From Eledone cirrhosa (taxonomy: Eukaryota): 64,000 nucleotides of DNA. This document shows positions 38,016 to 50,732 of the stretch, piece after piece. The notes under the pieces were generated by a model. The model did no database searches, had not been told where the DNA came from, and worked only from the letters and a program-made list of their open reading frames with translations. The translations under genes were made by a program, and so were the position numbers. The stretch's first letter is position 1. Every line of letters starts with the position of its first letter. Location of the stretch: contig OZ024743.1 in assembly GCA_964016885.1 (NCBI GenBank), positions 241,552,001-241,616,000 of the forward strand, written 5' to 3'.

Positions 38016-38867
38016 GAATAAATAAATAGATAAATAAATAAATGTGAGCTCACACATATATACACACATGTTTACATACATATGTACATACACACATGCA
38101 CATACATATGCTAAAAATGAAAATGGAAAAAACCCAGCACAACGGCCACCTAGAAGGTTGTGGGGGTAGGAAGCGAAAGTGAAAGTAGCATGATTTGCTC
38201 CAACCATATTTAAAAGTTGAAATTAAAATACAATTAAACAAGAGACGGTTGAAGTATAGCAACAACTAAAGGGAACATTAAAAAAGAAATGTGTTGACGT
38301 CCTTTGATGTCTCAAAAACAGCCTCAAATATTGATGAAAGAAATAATATTTTCTTTTATATATTTTGTTTTCCAATGTTTACCTTTACAATTTTTACATT
38401 TTATTCTAGTTTTATTCACTACTCTCTCGACTTTCGACTTCTGGTTCTTTGTTGTTGTGGTGCTTTTGTTGTTTTCTACACGAGCACTTTTCGTTTATAT
38501 GATGGCTAACGGAAAATGACAACGTTTGCAGCCTTGACCAAATTTCTATGGTGTTAGTGACAAGAAATGATCGATCGCTCATTTAAGAATGTTGCTATAT
38601 AACAAAATAATTTAGCCTTGCGGAATTAAACCGGATGCTATGACCTGTATCATCACCAGATGGGCAAAGCTAAAAATGTCATCAAAATATTGGCTGATTT
38701 CCATGCAAATCACCATGATCTCATAGCATTAAACACAGAGATGCACACACACACGTATAGGTATATATATATACTTAAGTGTATATATTGATATTAGCAA
38801 ATGTTTACATACAAACACACACACACACACACACACACACGCATATATATATATATATATATATATA

Positions 38868-39610
38868 CATCTCGGAAGTTGTTTTTCGCTCATTTCCAAT
38901 AGACGAAATGCAATTCTCGTTAATTTATATATATATATATATAAATTACCGAGAATCGCATTTCGGCTATTCGAAATGAGCGAAAAACAACTTCCGAGAT
39001 GTGTGGCAAGCGCTCCATAGAAACTAGAGAACTAGTGCAACAACATAAGTTAAAAGGCCAAACACACTGAGACAATGGTTGAACCATTATCCGCAAAGCC
39101 ATAGAAACGACCACAGCTATTCGGCTCAAATAAATAATACAATATGATTGAAAATTATACCCGGACCCCTGGAAAACGTGGTAAGATCCGATATGGGGTT
39201 TCTGCAACTCCTAAATCAGGTACTGTCTGCTTAAACAAATAATGTTAAGCTTTTGGTATGATGATCGATCAAGGAAGTCACTTCTTCAACAGGCATTTAG
39301 TTCTATGCAAAGCTAAGGACTGACCGTTATCAAAACCCACGTGGGAGACAGCCCCTAGTCTTAGCGGATGAATTCAGTATCTGTGTTATTGCGGATGAAT
39401 TCAGTATGTGTGTTATTGCAAAATTACAAAATTTCACAAAACGAATTAAGCTCTCAACGGAATAGTTTTAAAAATTAACAAGAGCTATTAATCAGTCAAT
39501 AGAATTAATTAAAAACAAAAAAAAATTTAACTAGTTAATAGTCAGACTCTGGAGATTAATACAAATATAAATTAGCGAGAATCGCATTTCGGCTATTGGA
39601 AATGAGCGAA
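38868..39610 (-). mobile_element. Non-coding HHR-bearing unit (~626-nt period) with mirrored 3' end
   Basis: 38868-38927 is the reverse complement of 38942-39001 across (TA)n; 38941-38984 is directly repeated at 39567-39610; decayed HHR TGT-TGAAGA...CAAAAGCTTA-ACA at 39291-39243. Confidence 0.65.
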
Positions 39611-39615
39611 GATAC

Positions 39616-39894
39616 ATGTATAAAGTAGAATGTGACAAGTGCAACCACTACTATATCGGTAGCACAATCCGGCCGCTACACATCCGGATCAAGGAGCACA
39701 TCGACACCAGAGCCTCGTCTTTCCGGAAACACATAACCAAATGCGGAAACAAAGACGGAAGGCCCATTGTCACAGTGCTAGCGACAGAACGCAACACCGG
39801 CACGTTACGAATCAAGGAAGCACTTTGGATCAAACGCCTAGGGCCACAAATAAATAACCGATCCGAGAGAAGCGAAATGAGGTGGTTGGTGTAA
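39616..39894 (+). pseudogene. PLE GIY-YIG endonuclease fragment (Penelope/Poseidon-like), followed by a CA-rich 3' UTR
   Basis: YKVECDKCNHYYIGSTIRPLHIRIKEH...RIKEALWIKRLGPQINN. Confidence 0.85.
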
Positions 39895-40502
39895 ACAAAC
39901 GAGTAAACACACGCACACACACACACAAGCGAGACAACAACACACACACATACACACACACACAGTAGCATTCCACCAAACAGGCAGACGAATACCACCA
40001 CCATACGAATATACTACACTGCTAATACAAAAAACCAGCACACAATGGATTGACAGCTAACGCCACCCCCACTCCCACAATTAAAAGAACAACTTCGACC
40101 GTCGACCTTTGCTTGACCGGACTTATTCCGCGCCTCGGCGCGCTCTGCTGAATACCTCAGTTATTCAAAACAACGAAGAGCAGAGGACACGTACCGCTCC
40201 TCTCCGACAGATAACCTCCCTCCTCCCGGAAATGCCACAGTTGCTGAATGTGAATGCGAAATATAGAGACAATTAAATCTCTCTCAAGGTAACGCTATCT
40301 CGTGTTATTATTTTTATTTTTTTAAGCTCTTTCCTACGTTCTTCTACACACTATACATCTCATTCTACATTCACTTATATCTCTCTCTTCACCACAGGAT
40401 CTTGTTACCCGGAGAATTACCCATCTGCATTGTTGAGGCTTCCAAAACGACCAAAAGAAAATAAATCTTATTATTCCACAATGCTTCAAGCAAACTTCAA
40501 TA

Positions 40503-40551
<49 letters not shown>

Positions 40552-40713
40552 CTGTGTGTGTGTGTGTGTGTGTAGCCGTCGAAGCGGCTTGAGCTCTGCC
40601 GTCGGGGTCATACATTTTCCTATATATATATATACATATATATATATTAATTAATTAAAGGTTAATTAGTCTCTAATACGTAAAAATCTCAATGAATGGA
40701 TAAAATATATAAG

Positions 40714-40768
<55 letters not shown>

Positions 40769-41135
40769 AATATACATACATACACACACACATATATATA
40801 TATATGTGTGTGTGTATGTATGTATATATGCGCTCGCTAGTATGTATGTGGGTTTGTCTTTATCTGTGTGTGTCTGAGTACCTTTATGATCCCGTAACTC
40901 TAGATGGAGTCGTGGTGGGGGCCATCACGTCCTTGACGTGACATGGACATATTAAAGTTAGCGGAACCCATCCCCTCTCCATGAAAAAGAGATAAATGAA
41001 AGAATCGATTACAGTATTGGACAGGTACATTTTTATCAATGCCGAAATGAATAAATGGGACGCATTCTATTCGACGTTATAACGATCATGCCAATTATAT
41101 GCGCATGTATATATATATATTTTTATTTTTTATTT

Positions 41136-41358
41136 TTTTTTATCGACTTTCGTCAAATCGGACCGAGGAAACAATCAATGTTTCCATTGGTCTTTCCAAT
41201 TGCTAATACAATCTATCGGTCGCAACTCCAGGTAGAAGGAGCAACGTGAAATGAAGTGTCTTGCCCAAGGGCATAACGCATCGCCCGGTCCGGAAATCGA
41301 ATTCACAACCTCACGATTTCGAATCCAATTCTCTAACTACTCAACAACACGCTTTCAA
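41136..41358 (-). mobile_element. tRNA-derived SINE, family B; its 3' tail is duplicated in inverted orientation at 41358-41447
   Basis: Minus strand GCGTGTTGTTGAGTAGTTAGAGAATTGG...GAATTCGATTTCCGG...CTTGGGCAAGACACTT...ACGTTGCTCC plus tail AGTTGCGACCGATAG...CGAAAGTCGATAAAA; homologous to 42540-42749. Confidence 0.8.
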
Positions 41359-41443
41359 GTTGCGACCGATAGATAGTATTAGCAATTGGAAATACCAATG
41401 GAAACATTGTTTCCTCGGTCCGATTTGACGAAAGTCGATAAAA

Positions 41444-41499
<56 letters not shown>

Positions 41500-41657
41500 C
41501 ATGCGCATATAATTGGCGCGATCGTTATAACGTCGAATAGAATACGTCCCATTTCGGCATTGATAAAAATCTACCTGTCCAATACTGTAATCGATTCTTT
41601 CATTTATCTCTTATTCGTGGAGAGGGGATGGTTTCCGCTAACTTTAATATGCCCATG

Positions 41658-41830
<173 letters not shown>

Positions 41831-42411
41831 AAGCCTGTGGCTGAGTAGTTAGAGAATTGGATTATATATATATATATATGTATATATATAGACACACATA
41901 CATATATATGTATATAAAAGGCAAACAGAAATAACAACACAATCGTTACAGTATATGGAAGGAATATATTAGGTTAACGCTTGATATAGCAGGAAGAGGG
42001 TCTTAACGTTTCGGACGCTAGTCCTTCACTAAAAGAAAGAATGAGAAATTAGAAATATTGAAGGGACGGGTGGGGTGGAATTGGAAAAAATCTCTTTAGA
42101 TAAAAAATAACAGGTCCATTCATGTGACCACCTCTTGGAAAACTGTTGATGCAGAAGTTTTGTGTATTATATAATTTTTTTTGAAAAGTGGATGCTGGAG
42201 CGCATTTACCTGAAATGGAAAAAAGACCGTTTTTAATTAAAGAGCTATTGTTGTGCGCGTGCGTATGCGTGTATATATAGATAAATAGAGATAGAGAGAG
42301 TGAGAAAGAGATAGATAGATATGTGTGGGGTGTGTGTATATATTATACATACATATATATATATATTACGTTGCTCCAGTTTACTCAGCTCTAGAACTCA
42401 GCTGAGTTCTT

Positions 42412-42443
42412 GCCTGATGAACCAGGCGAAACTCCGAAGTAGC
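42412..42443 (+). ncRNA. Minimal type-I hammerhead motif just downstream of a SINE central-domain fragment
   Basis: GC-CTGATGA-A-CC A GG-C-GAAACT CCGA AGTA-GC; intact core but very short stems I and II. Confidence 0.6.
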
Positions 42444-42539
42444 CTTAATGAAATGAATATTATAACCCCGCTTCAGTACTGAGGATTCTTTTCTCTCAGG
42501 CGTCAAGCATATATGGATATACATATATATCCCGTAGTT

Positions 42540-42749
42540 AAGGCGTGTGGCTGTCTGGTTAAACAATTGGAATCGCAATCGTAAGGTTGTGAGTTCGATT
42601 CCCGGAACGGGCGATGCGTTATGTCCTTGAGTAAGACACTTTATTTCACGTTGCTCCTTCTACCTGGAGTTGCGACCGATAGATAGTATTATCAATTGGA
42701 ACGACCAATGGAAACATTGTTTCCTCGGTCCGATTTGACGAATGTCTAT
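42540..42749 (+). mobile_element. tRNA-derived SINE, family B
   Basis: A-box TGGCTGTCTGG, B-box GAGTTCGATTCC, GTCCTTGAGTAAGACACTT, and the same tail as the 41136 copy. Confidence 0.85.
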
Positions 42750-43645
42750 CGTTCCTTTATATATCCCGTGTTCCTTTTGTGGGTTCATACATATATTGGT
42801 GGACCGTTTCGCTGAACACTTGAGAGGCAAATGACTCGGCATGGATACACGCGTTGCTCGTCATTTCTGTTTCCCAGGCCACTTCCTCCTATATGTCTCA
42901 GTCCTTGGTATCCTTTCACATCACGGATCACTGACCTCGCGCACCAGGACTGAGCAGAGTCTGATTTTCCGCTTTGAGTCAAGTCTCTCCATTGGACTCA
43001 ACTCCCCTCCCCAATTTCTTTAACCTTACACACATACCTCATCCGATATCACACACGCGCGTTTATGGTCACAAACACAAACATACCTACAGCTAATACA
43101 GACCAACAATAACAAAAGCACACACCACTGCATTTATCTCCACTGCTCTGTATGAACCAATAACTAACATATACACATTTATAAACACACATTTGCTCAT
43201 AGTTTCGTACTTACATATACACACACACACTCTTATACTTACATTTACACATATACTCTTAGTTTCTTACGGACGTATACAAACGCACTCACACTCACAC
43301 ATGCATACACACGCGTACATGTACAGCTCTATATAAAAACGGTTTTTTCCCCTTGCAGATAGGAGCACTCGATCACCATCATTTAAAATAAGTTTATCTT
43401 ACACAAAACACCAGCATCAACAGTTTTCTTAGAGATGGCGATATAAATGGACCTGATATTTTTATCTTTTTTATTCCTTTCTACCACTGCCCATCTCCTT
43501 ATTCTTTCTATTTCTTCTTTAATTTCTCATTCTATTTTCTGATGAAGGACTAGCGTCCGAATGGTTAAGACTCTTTGCCTACTATATCAAGCGTGAGACT
43601 AATAATATATTTCTTCATTGTACTGTATCATTTGCATTTGCATTT

Positions 43646-43688
<43 letters not shown>

Positions 43689-43836
43689 GAAACCTCTTCG
43701 ATCCGCGATCGGGGGTTTACCTATCTCGCTCTCTCCACATTGAAAATATATATATATATATAATAGATCGACCTTTCTCAAAGCGGACCGAGGAAGCAAT
43801 GTATCTGTTGATCCCACCCCCCTCTCTCTCTCTCTC

Positions 43837-43867
<31 letters not shown>

Positions 43868-44592
43868 ATTGAACTTGTTGAAAGGGCAGGAGAATATGGA
43901 ATAGAGTTCAGCTCTGAGAAAACCAAAGTAATGGTGAATAACACAAGTAGCACTTGTGTCAGCATCCCCATGAACGGACATTCATTAGAGGAAATGTCCA
44001 GTTTCAAATACTTGGGAGCAGTCGTCAAAAGATGGTACCTGCAACGCAGAAATCCACACACTGATTGCCGCAGCATTGGCAATGATGGTCAAATTGGCAA
44101 GGAAATGGATCAGCAAAATCAGTTTTCAGACTAATTATAGATTGTACAAATTGCTGGTAGTCTCCGTCCACATATATATGGGTTTGAGACCTGGACATTT
44201 TTGGCAGAAACTTAGAGTAGGATTCAGGCGTTTGAGAACTCCTTCGTATTTCCTATTGGGAACGTAAAACCAATGAATACGTTCTGAGTAAGGTTAGAAG
44301 TTTTCGTGGGTCACTAGGAACCTCTCTTCGCCACTGTCAAGGGGAGGCAACTGGCGTGGTTTGGCCACATCACATAACATGACAGCCTGTGAAAGACCAT
44401 CATACAAGACACTGTTGAAGGCGGACGCAGGAGGGGATGCCAACGCAAAAACTGGTTGGACAATGTCAAAAATGGGCGCAAATGACTACACAAGATTTGT
44501 TGACGACCGCTGTTGATAGACTACTTTGAGTGTATGCTGCTTCTGCAGTAGAATTCGCCCGACGACTACAGAAGTCAAGAGACTGATAATGA
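43868..44592 (+). pseudogene. Decayed 3' part of an RTE-clade LINE
   Basis: EYGIEFSSEKTKVMV..EEMSSFKYLGA; later RQLAWFGHIT..TVEGGRRRGCQRKNWLDNVK; ends GTCAAGAGACTGATAATGA. Confidence 0.85.
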
Positions 44593-44594
44593 GG

Positions 44595-44641
<47 letters not shown>

Positions 44642-44819
44642 ATGTACATAGGTTCGCGCGGTCGTCTGTGTGTGAAAGAGAATGACCCCCTTCGGTAACG
44701 ATTGAGCATGTGCATGGTTTTTGCACGTAGAAAATTTCCTTCCAAGGCGCAAGCTTTATTTTTGTGGAAACCCACCAGTATTCCTGCCAGCAATGTTTTC
44801 CAAGGGAAAGGCAAAGACG

Positions 44820-44957
44820 GATATAGCTTAGCACCAGTTATCTCGCAACGCATTTCTACAGCTGAGTGAACTAGAGCAAAATAAAATGTTTTTCTTAAGG
44901 ACACAACACACCGCCCAGTCTGCGAATCAAACTCACAACTTCACGATTATGAGCCAA
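44820..44957 (-). mobile_element. Decayed tRNA-SINE fragment
   Basis: Reverse complement of GTGAGTTTGATTCGC...GTGTTGTGTCCTTAAG...GCTCTAGTTCACTCAGCTGTAGAAATG. Confidence 0.6.
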
Positions 44958-44999
44958 AGGACGAAGGAACTCGTTCTGGAAAGCCAATCTCATGAATAA

Positions 45000-45825
45000 A
45001 TGAACAAAATGTGGATGCGAGCGGTGATGGCAAAAAATTGCTGGTTAATTGTTAGGATTATTGCAGAAGAAACAGAATGTTGGCAGATCGTTTCCACATG
45101 CGAAAAATGTGTGCAAAACTAGTGGTCGAACACTGTCTGTGGAGCAAAAACCGAACCGGTTGGAAATTTGTCAGGATTCGCTAGAAAGACGCGAGATTGA
45201 GCCAAATTTCTTGGATAAAACAATAACAAGTGATGAATCAGTGTTTGAATACGATCCAAAGAAAAAAGTGCAATGTGAGAAGTGGCACACGAAAGATTCA
45301 CGTCGGCCGAAGAAAGAATGCATGAGCATATCTAGAGTGAAAACGGTGATTATCAGGTTTTCGACAGCCGTGGTATTTTTCACAAAGAATTCTTACCTCC
45401 TGCACAGACAGTTAATTTCATCTTCTACAAAGACGTCTTGGAATGACTTTGAAAAATGGGTCCAACGAGTCCGAAATGCCATTGCATAAGATTGGGTGCT
45501 GCACCATAATAAAATGTCTGCTCACACAGCACTTTCAATTAGAGAATTTCTGGCGAAGAAAAACATTTTCACTCATCTACATCTTCCTTACAACCAGATA
45601 TAGCACCGTGTAATTTTACCTCTTCCCTAAGTTAAAATCGAAGTTGAAGGGCATCATTTTGGGAGTGTGGGAAACATACAAACAATTTTAACCGACGAGC
45701 TAAGGTCACACATAGAAAATGACTTCTGGTACAGCTACGATCAATAGAAAAATGTTGTAAATGTTGTAACCACTGAGTAACTTTTCAATGGTCGTATTTT
45801 GAAGCAGATATCTTGTAATTTCATG
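45000..45825 (+). pseudogene. Mariner (Tc1/mariner) transposase fossil
   Basis: RLEICQDSL..FLDKTITSDESVFEYDP..WHTKDSRRPKK; downstream WVLHHN..AH, a YSPDLAP-like PYN.DIAP remnant, and GRYFEAD-like terminal codons. Confidence 0.85.
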
Positions 45826-45913
45826 TACATCTAATATACATTACGAATCTCATATATATATATGTGTGTGTGTGTATATATATATATATATACATTGATA
45901 CATACATATATAT

Positions 45914-45995
<82 letters not shown>

Positions 45996-46049
45996 GTATA
46001 CTATATGGTGCCTCACAGTTTCAGTCAGCCGGATTTCATTCACATCTAA

Positions 46050-49000
46050 ACATCTAATAAAAACATATGCAGACATGTCACCACGTGAGCGCACACGTAC
46101 AAACAAACATACACGTGCACATGACTACACATGGTACACACATGCAAACGTTAAAAATAAAGCAGCGTATATACATGAAGTGTTCTGTATACAGTTGCGT
46201 GCACAAATATACCGACACATACAGCCAGACATACACATACGCGCACACACATACGGTCACATTTATACAGACATACACATATATAGACATACACACATAT
46301 AGCAACACAAATATAAGCATACAAATATAGACACACGCAAACAGACACACATATATACAGGTATTCACATTCAGATACACACATACAGGCACATTCATAC
46401 TGACACACATACATATAAAAATAGAAACACACACATACAGACACATACATGCACCTAAACACCTGTATGCAGGCAAATACCTCTCACCTGCTCACACACA
46501 CGCACACACCTGTATTGACATACACACACACACACACACATGCCTGTATGTACGCATATATACACACATACACACCCACACGCATACACAGTCACACACA
46601 CGCACACACACCTGTATTTACACACACACACACATATACACACATACACACCCACACACATACACATGCACACACACACACACACATACGCACAGACACA
46701 CAGGTACACACACACATGTACACACACACACACACATACACACATACATGCACACACAGTTGAGAACGCTTGCATTCACACTGAGAATAAATGAATGAAA
46801 ACATGTCAAAGTGAAGGAAAATACAGTAATGGAATGTGGGAGGTGAATGGTGTGGAATGGGGGAGGGGGTACGAGGAGGAGTAGGATGAGGGGGTGTTGT
46901 TGCTGGAGATATGCGGGGAAGAGAATGGGGAGGTGACATGAGAAGAAGAAGAAGAAGAAGAAGAAGAAGAAGAAGAAGAAGAAGAAGAAGAAGAAGAAGA
47001 AGAAGAAAAGAAGAAGAAGAAGAAGAAGAAGAAGAAGAAAAGAAGAAGAAGAAGAAGAAGAAGAAGAAGAAGAAGAAGAAGAAGAAGAAGAAGAAAAGAA
47101 GAATAGCAACAACAACAAGAACTACTACTACTACTACAATACCATCAACTACAGCAGTAACAACGCCACCACCAACAGCAACAACAACTACAACACCAAC
47201 ACCACCACCAACAACACCACCAACACAAACAACATCAGCAACATCAACAGCCACACAACCAATAACAGCAATAACATGTGGTGGTGTTGATGGCGGTGGT
47301 GGAAACACAGTGGTGTTGGTGGAGAGACTGGTGGTTGTGTTGGTGGTAGTAATGGTGATAATAGAAGTGATATGGTGGTGGTGGTGGTGGTGGTGGTGAT
47401 AGTAGTGGTGGTGGTTTGGCGTTGCTGGTGGTGGTGGTGGTGGTGGTGATGATGATAGTGTTGGTGTTGATGGTGGTGGTGATGGTGGCGGTGATGATGA
47501 TAGTGTTGGTGCTGATGGTGGTGGTGGTGATGGTGTTGATGATGATGATGATGATGATTATTATGAGAGTGATTACTGTAGTATTGATGCTGATGGTGGA
47601 AGCTGAAGCGTTAGTGATAGAGGTAGTGATGATGGTGGTAGTAGTTTTGTGGTGGTAATGGTGGTAGCGGTGGTCTGGTTGTAATGGGAGTAGAGTGGTG
47701 GTGCGGTATTACTGGTATGCTTGTATTAGTAGTCATAGTGGTGTGCTTGTAATGGTAATTGTAGTGTTGTGATGCTAATAGTGATATGATGGTAATGGTA
47801 GTAGTAATGCTATAATGGTATAGGTGGTAGTAGTAGTTATGGTGATAGTAACGATGATAGTTGTGTTGTGATAGTAACGGTGGAGGTAGTTGCAGTATAG
47901 TATTGGTGGTAGTAGTAGTGTGATATTAACGGTGGTATCAGTAGTATGATGGTAATAGTGGTTATGGGGGTATTGGTGGTAGTAGAGGTATGATAATATT
48001 GGTGGTGGTAGTGATGTGATTTAATAGTAGTAGTAGTGTGGTATTGATAGTAGTAGTGTTGTTGTTGTTTTCTACGGTAGTGGCTTTTAGTATTGGCGGT
48101 GATGCCAATGGTATTTTTGTGCTGATGTAATGATGATGATGATACTGGTCGCCATTATGGCGGTGGAATTTACGATGGTTGTTGTTATAATGGCGGAAGT
48201 GATTGACATGATGGTGTGGGTGTTAAAGTAGAATGCATCAGTAGTAATGGTATAATGGTGTTGCTAGTGATGGTAGTTGGTATGGTGAAGGACGTGATGC
48301 TAATGGTATTGATGTGCTGAGAATGGTAGTAGTTTATTGTGATGGTTGGAGGGGTGTGTTAGTGTGATGGTGTCGATGGTAATAAAGTTGATAGCGATGG
48401 TAAAGTTGATGATGGTGGTAGCAGTGATGGCAATGGTGGTGATGCTAATGGTGTATTGGTGATGGTGGTAGTGGTGGTGGTGATGATGGTGGTGGTAGTG
48501 GTAGTAACGATGGTGAGGGTAGCAATGGTAATGGCCGCCATGGCGTTTGTAATGAGAGTGATGGTGATGGTAATTGTGGGGATTGTGATTGTAAAAGTGG
48601 TGATGGTTTTCTTATGGTGATGATGTCGGTGGTAAAGATAAAGATGGTGATGGGAATGGTGGTGATGGATTTGTAAGGGTGGGGATGCTGGTGGTAAAGA
48701 TGAACATGGTGATGGGAATGGTGGTGATGGATTTGTAATGGTGTTGATGTTGGTGGTAAAGATGAAGATGGTGATGGGAATGGCGGTGAAAACATAATTG
48801 GAAAGAACAACAACAGCAACAATTTAAACACCAACAACAACAACAAAAGCAATTGGTGCAGCGACAGCAACAATAAGAACAGTGAAAACAACACAAACAG
48901 CGACAACATCAAGATCAACAACATCAACAACAACACCACCAACAACAACAACAACCATTTTAGCAGCAACAATAACTACAACAAATGTAAAAGCGACAAC

Positions 49001-49267
49001 TTCAACAAAAGCTAAAGTAAAAAAAAACACCAGCTGCGACAACAACCACAACAACAAAACATCAACAGCAGCAATAAATATGTAAAAGTAAAAAGAGAAA
49101 ACAATGAGAAATACAATGGCAATTTTGTGAAGAGGCATTTAGATATCAGTATGGAGGTACATTAAGAATTGCATTGCTTGCTTTACGTAATGTCTTTCTA
49201 TGCGACCGTGTACATGGAGCCATGTTATATACACATATATATATACACATATATACACATACACACA

Positions 49268-49346
<79 letters not shown>

Positions 49347-49590
49347 CCATGGATACATAAATATATATGTGTATGTGTGTATAGATAGATAAAAAACATG
49401 CAATTTTAAGCGTATATAAACGATCATGTATATTATTTTATATATGCACAACGCACACACACATGGGATATATATTGCATATAACTTTATATATAATCAA
49501 TATAATATATATATATATGTATATATACACCCACCCACACACACTCCCATATATATATATATATATACACACACCCACACACACGCACTT

Positions 49591-49634
<44 letters not shown>

Positions 49635-49746
49635 TGTGGATGTGTATGAGCATGTGTATTTAAAGAAAATTACTTTGTATGTGTAAATTGTACCATACTA
49701 TTTCTATACATAAGATATATATATATAATGATAGTCTTTTATTCGA

Positions 49747-49817
<71 letters not shown>

Positions 49818-50122
49818 ATATATATATATGTATATATATGTATATATATATATATATGTATATATATGTATATATATATATATTATATATATATATATAT
49901 ATACACAGACGCACACACAAACATATAAATATATGTGTGCGTGTGTGTGTGTGTGTGTGTGCGTGTCTGTGTGTCTGTCTGTATGTATATGTATATATAT
50001 TGTGTGAAGGCATTATGTATGGATGTATGGATGTATATAAATGGGTATAACGATCATCTTTACAGCTGTAAAGGCACTCAAATATACACACATACATATA
50101 AAATTATATGTATGTATATCAA

Positions 50123-50176
<54 letters not shown>

Positions 50177-50200
50177 TATAACGTATGATGTGCTCATGTG
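46050..50200. repeat. Low-complexity block: (CA)n-rich, (AAG)n at 46941-47101, (GGT/GAT/AAC)n triplets, (TA)n
   Basis: Directly visible. Confidence 0.9.
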
Positions 50201-50433
50201 CTGGTCGGGGTGATCGGCTATGTATGCACTGTGTACGTATATATATATATACGTATTCTCGTGAATTTAAATATGTAAGGAGAAAGACAGGTAATTATTG
50301 GGGTTGGGTGCTGCAGAAAGAGAAAAGATGAGAGTGGGGAAGGAAGATGAATGATGCATATTCATCCTAAAGTAAATTGGTGTATATAATCTAATTAGAA
50401 ATATCCATTCTGTTACAGAGCATATTGATATAC

Positions 50434-50471
<38 letters not shown>

Positions 50472-50536
50472 AAAAAAGATGAAATCGAAAATGCTACTGG
50501 AGTCTGTTTTTTTTAAATATATATTTATTTGGTTCT

Positions 50537-50570
50537 GTTACCGGTTTCGCAGTTCTTCTGCTTTTCAAAA
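50537..50570 (-). ncRNA. Decayed minimal HHR (PLE 3' end); similar remnant at ~31215-31250 (-)
   Basis: TTGAAAA-GCAG AAGAA CTGC-GAAAC CG GTA; core mutated from CTGAAGA. Confidence 0.5.
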
Positions 50571-50732
50571 GTAGAATTGGGGTGAAGGGTCTGTGATTTT
50601 TCCCACATCTGTACAAGACGTTATATATATATTAAAAGTTTTATACTCTGCTATGTATTGAGTACCTTACTTACTGTGGTTACCTCCGATACAACCCGGA
50701 ATAACTTACATATATCTATCTATCTATCTATC

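Larger units (their letters stand above)
41949..43629 (+). mobile_element. Old Neptune-type PLE with diverged inverted 3' arm
   Basis: ~42760-43023 translates PCSFCG...DRFAEHLR..*..VARHF...EQSLIFRF...GLNSPPQFL*; arms ~41949-42246 / ~43325-43629; HHR remnants at 42001-42035 (-) and 43535-43570 (+). Confidence 0.8.

Noticed and set aside
40925-41062. Possible HHR in the outer arm (CGTCC-TTGACGT...GAAATG...GGACG)
   Set aside because: Too many core mismatches to support.
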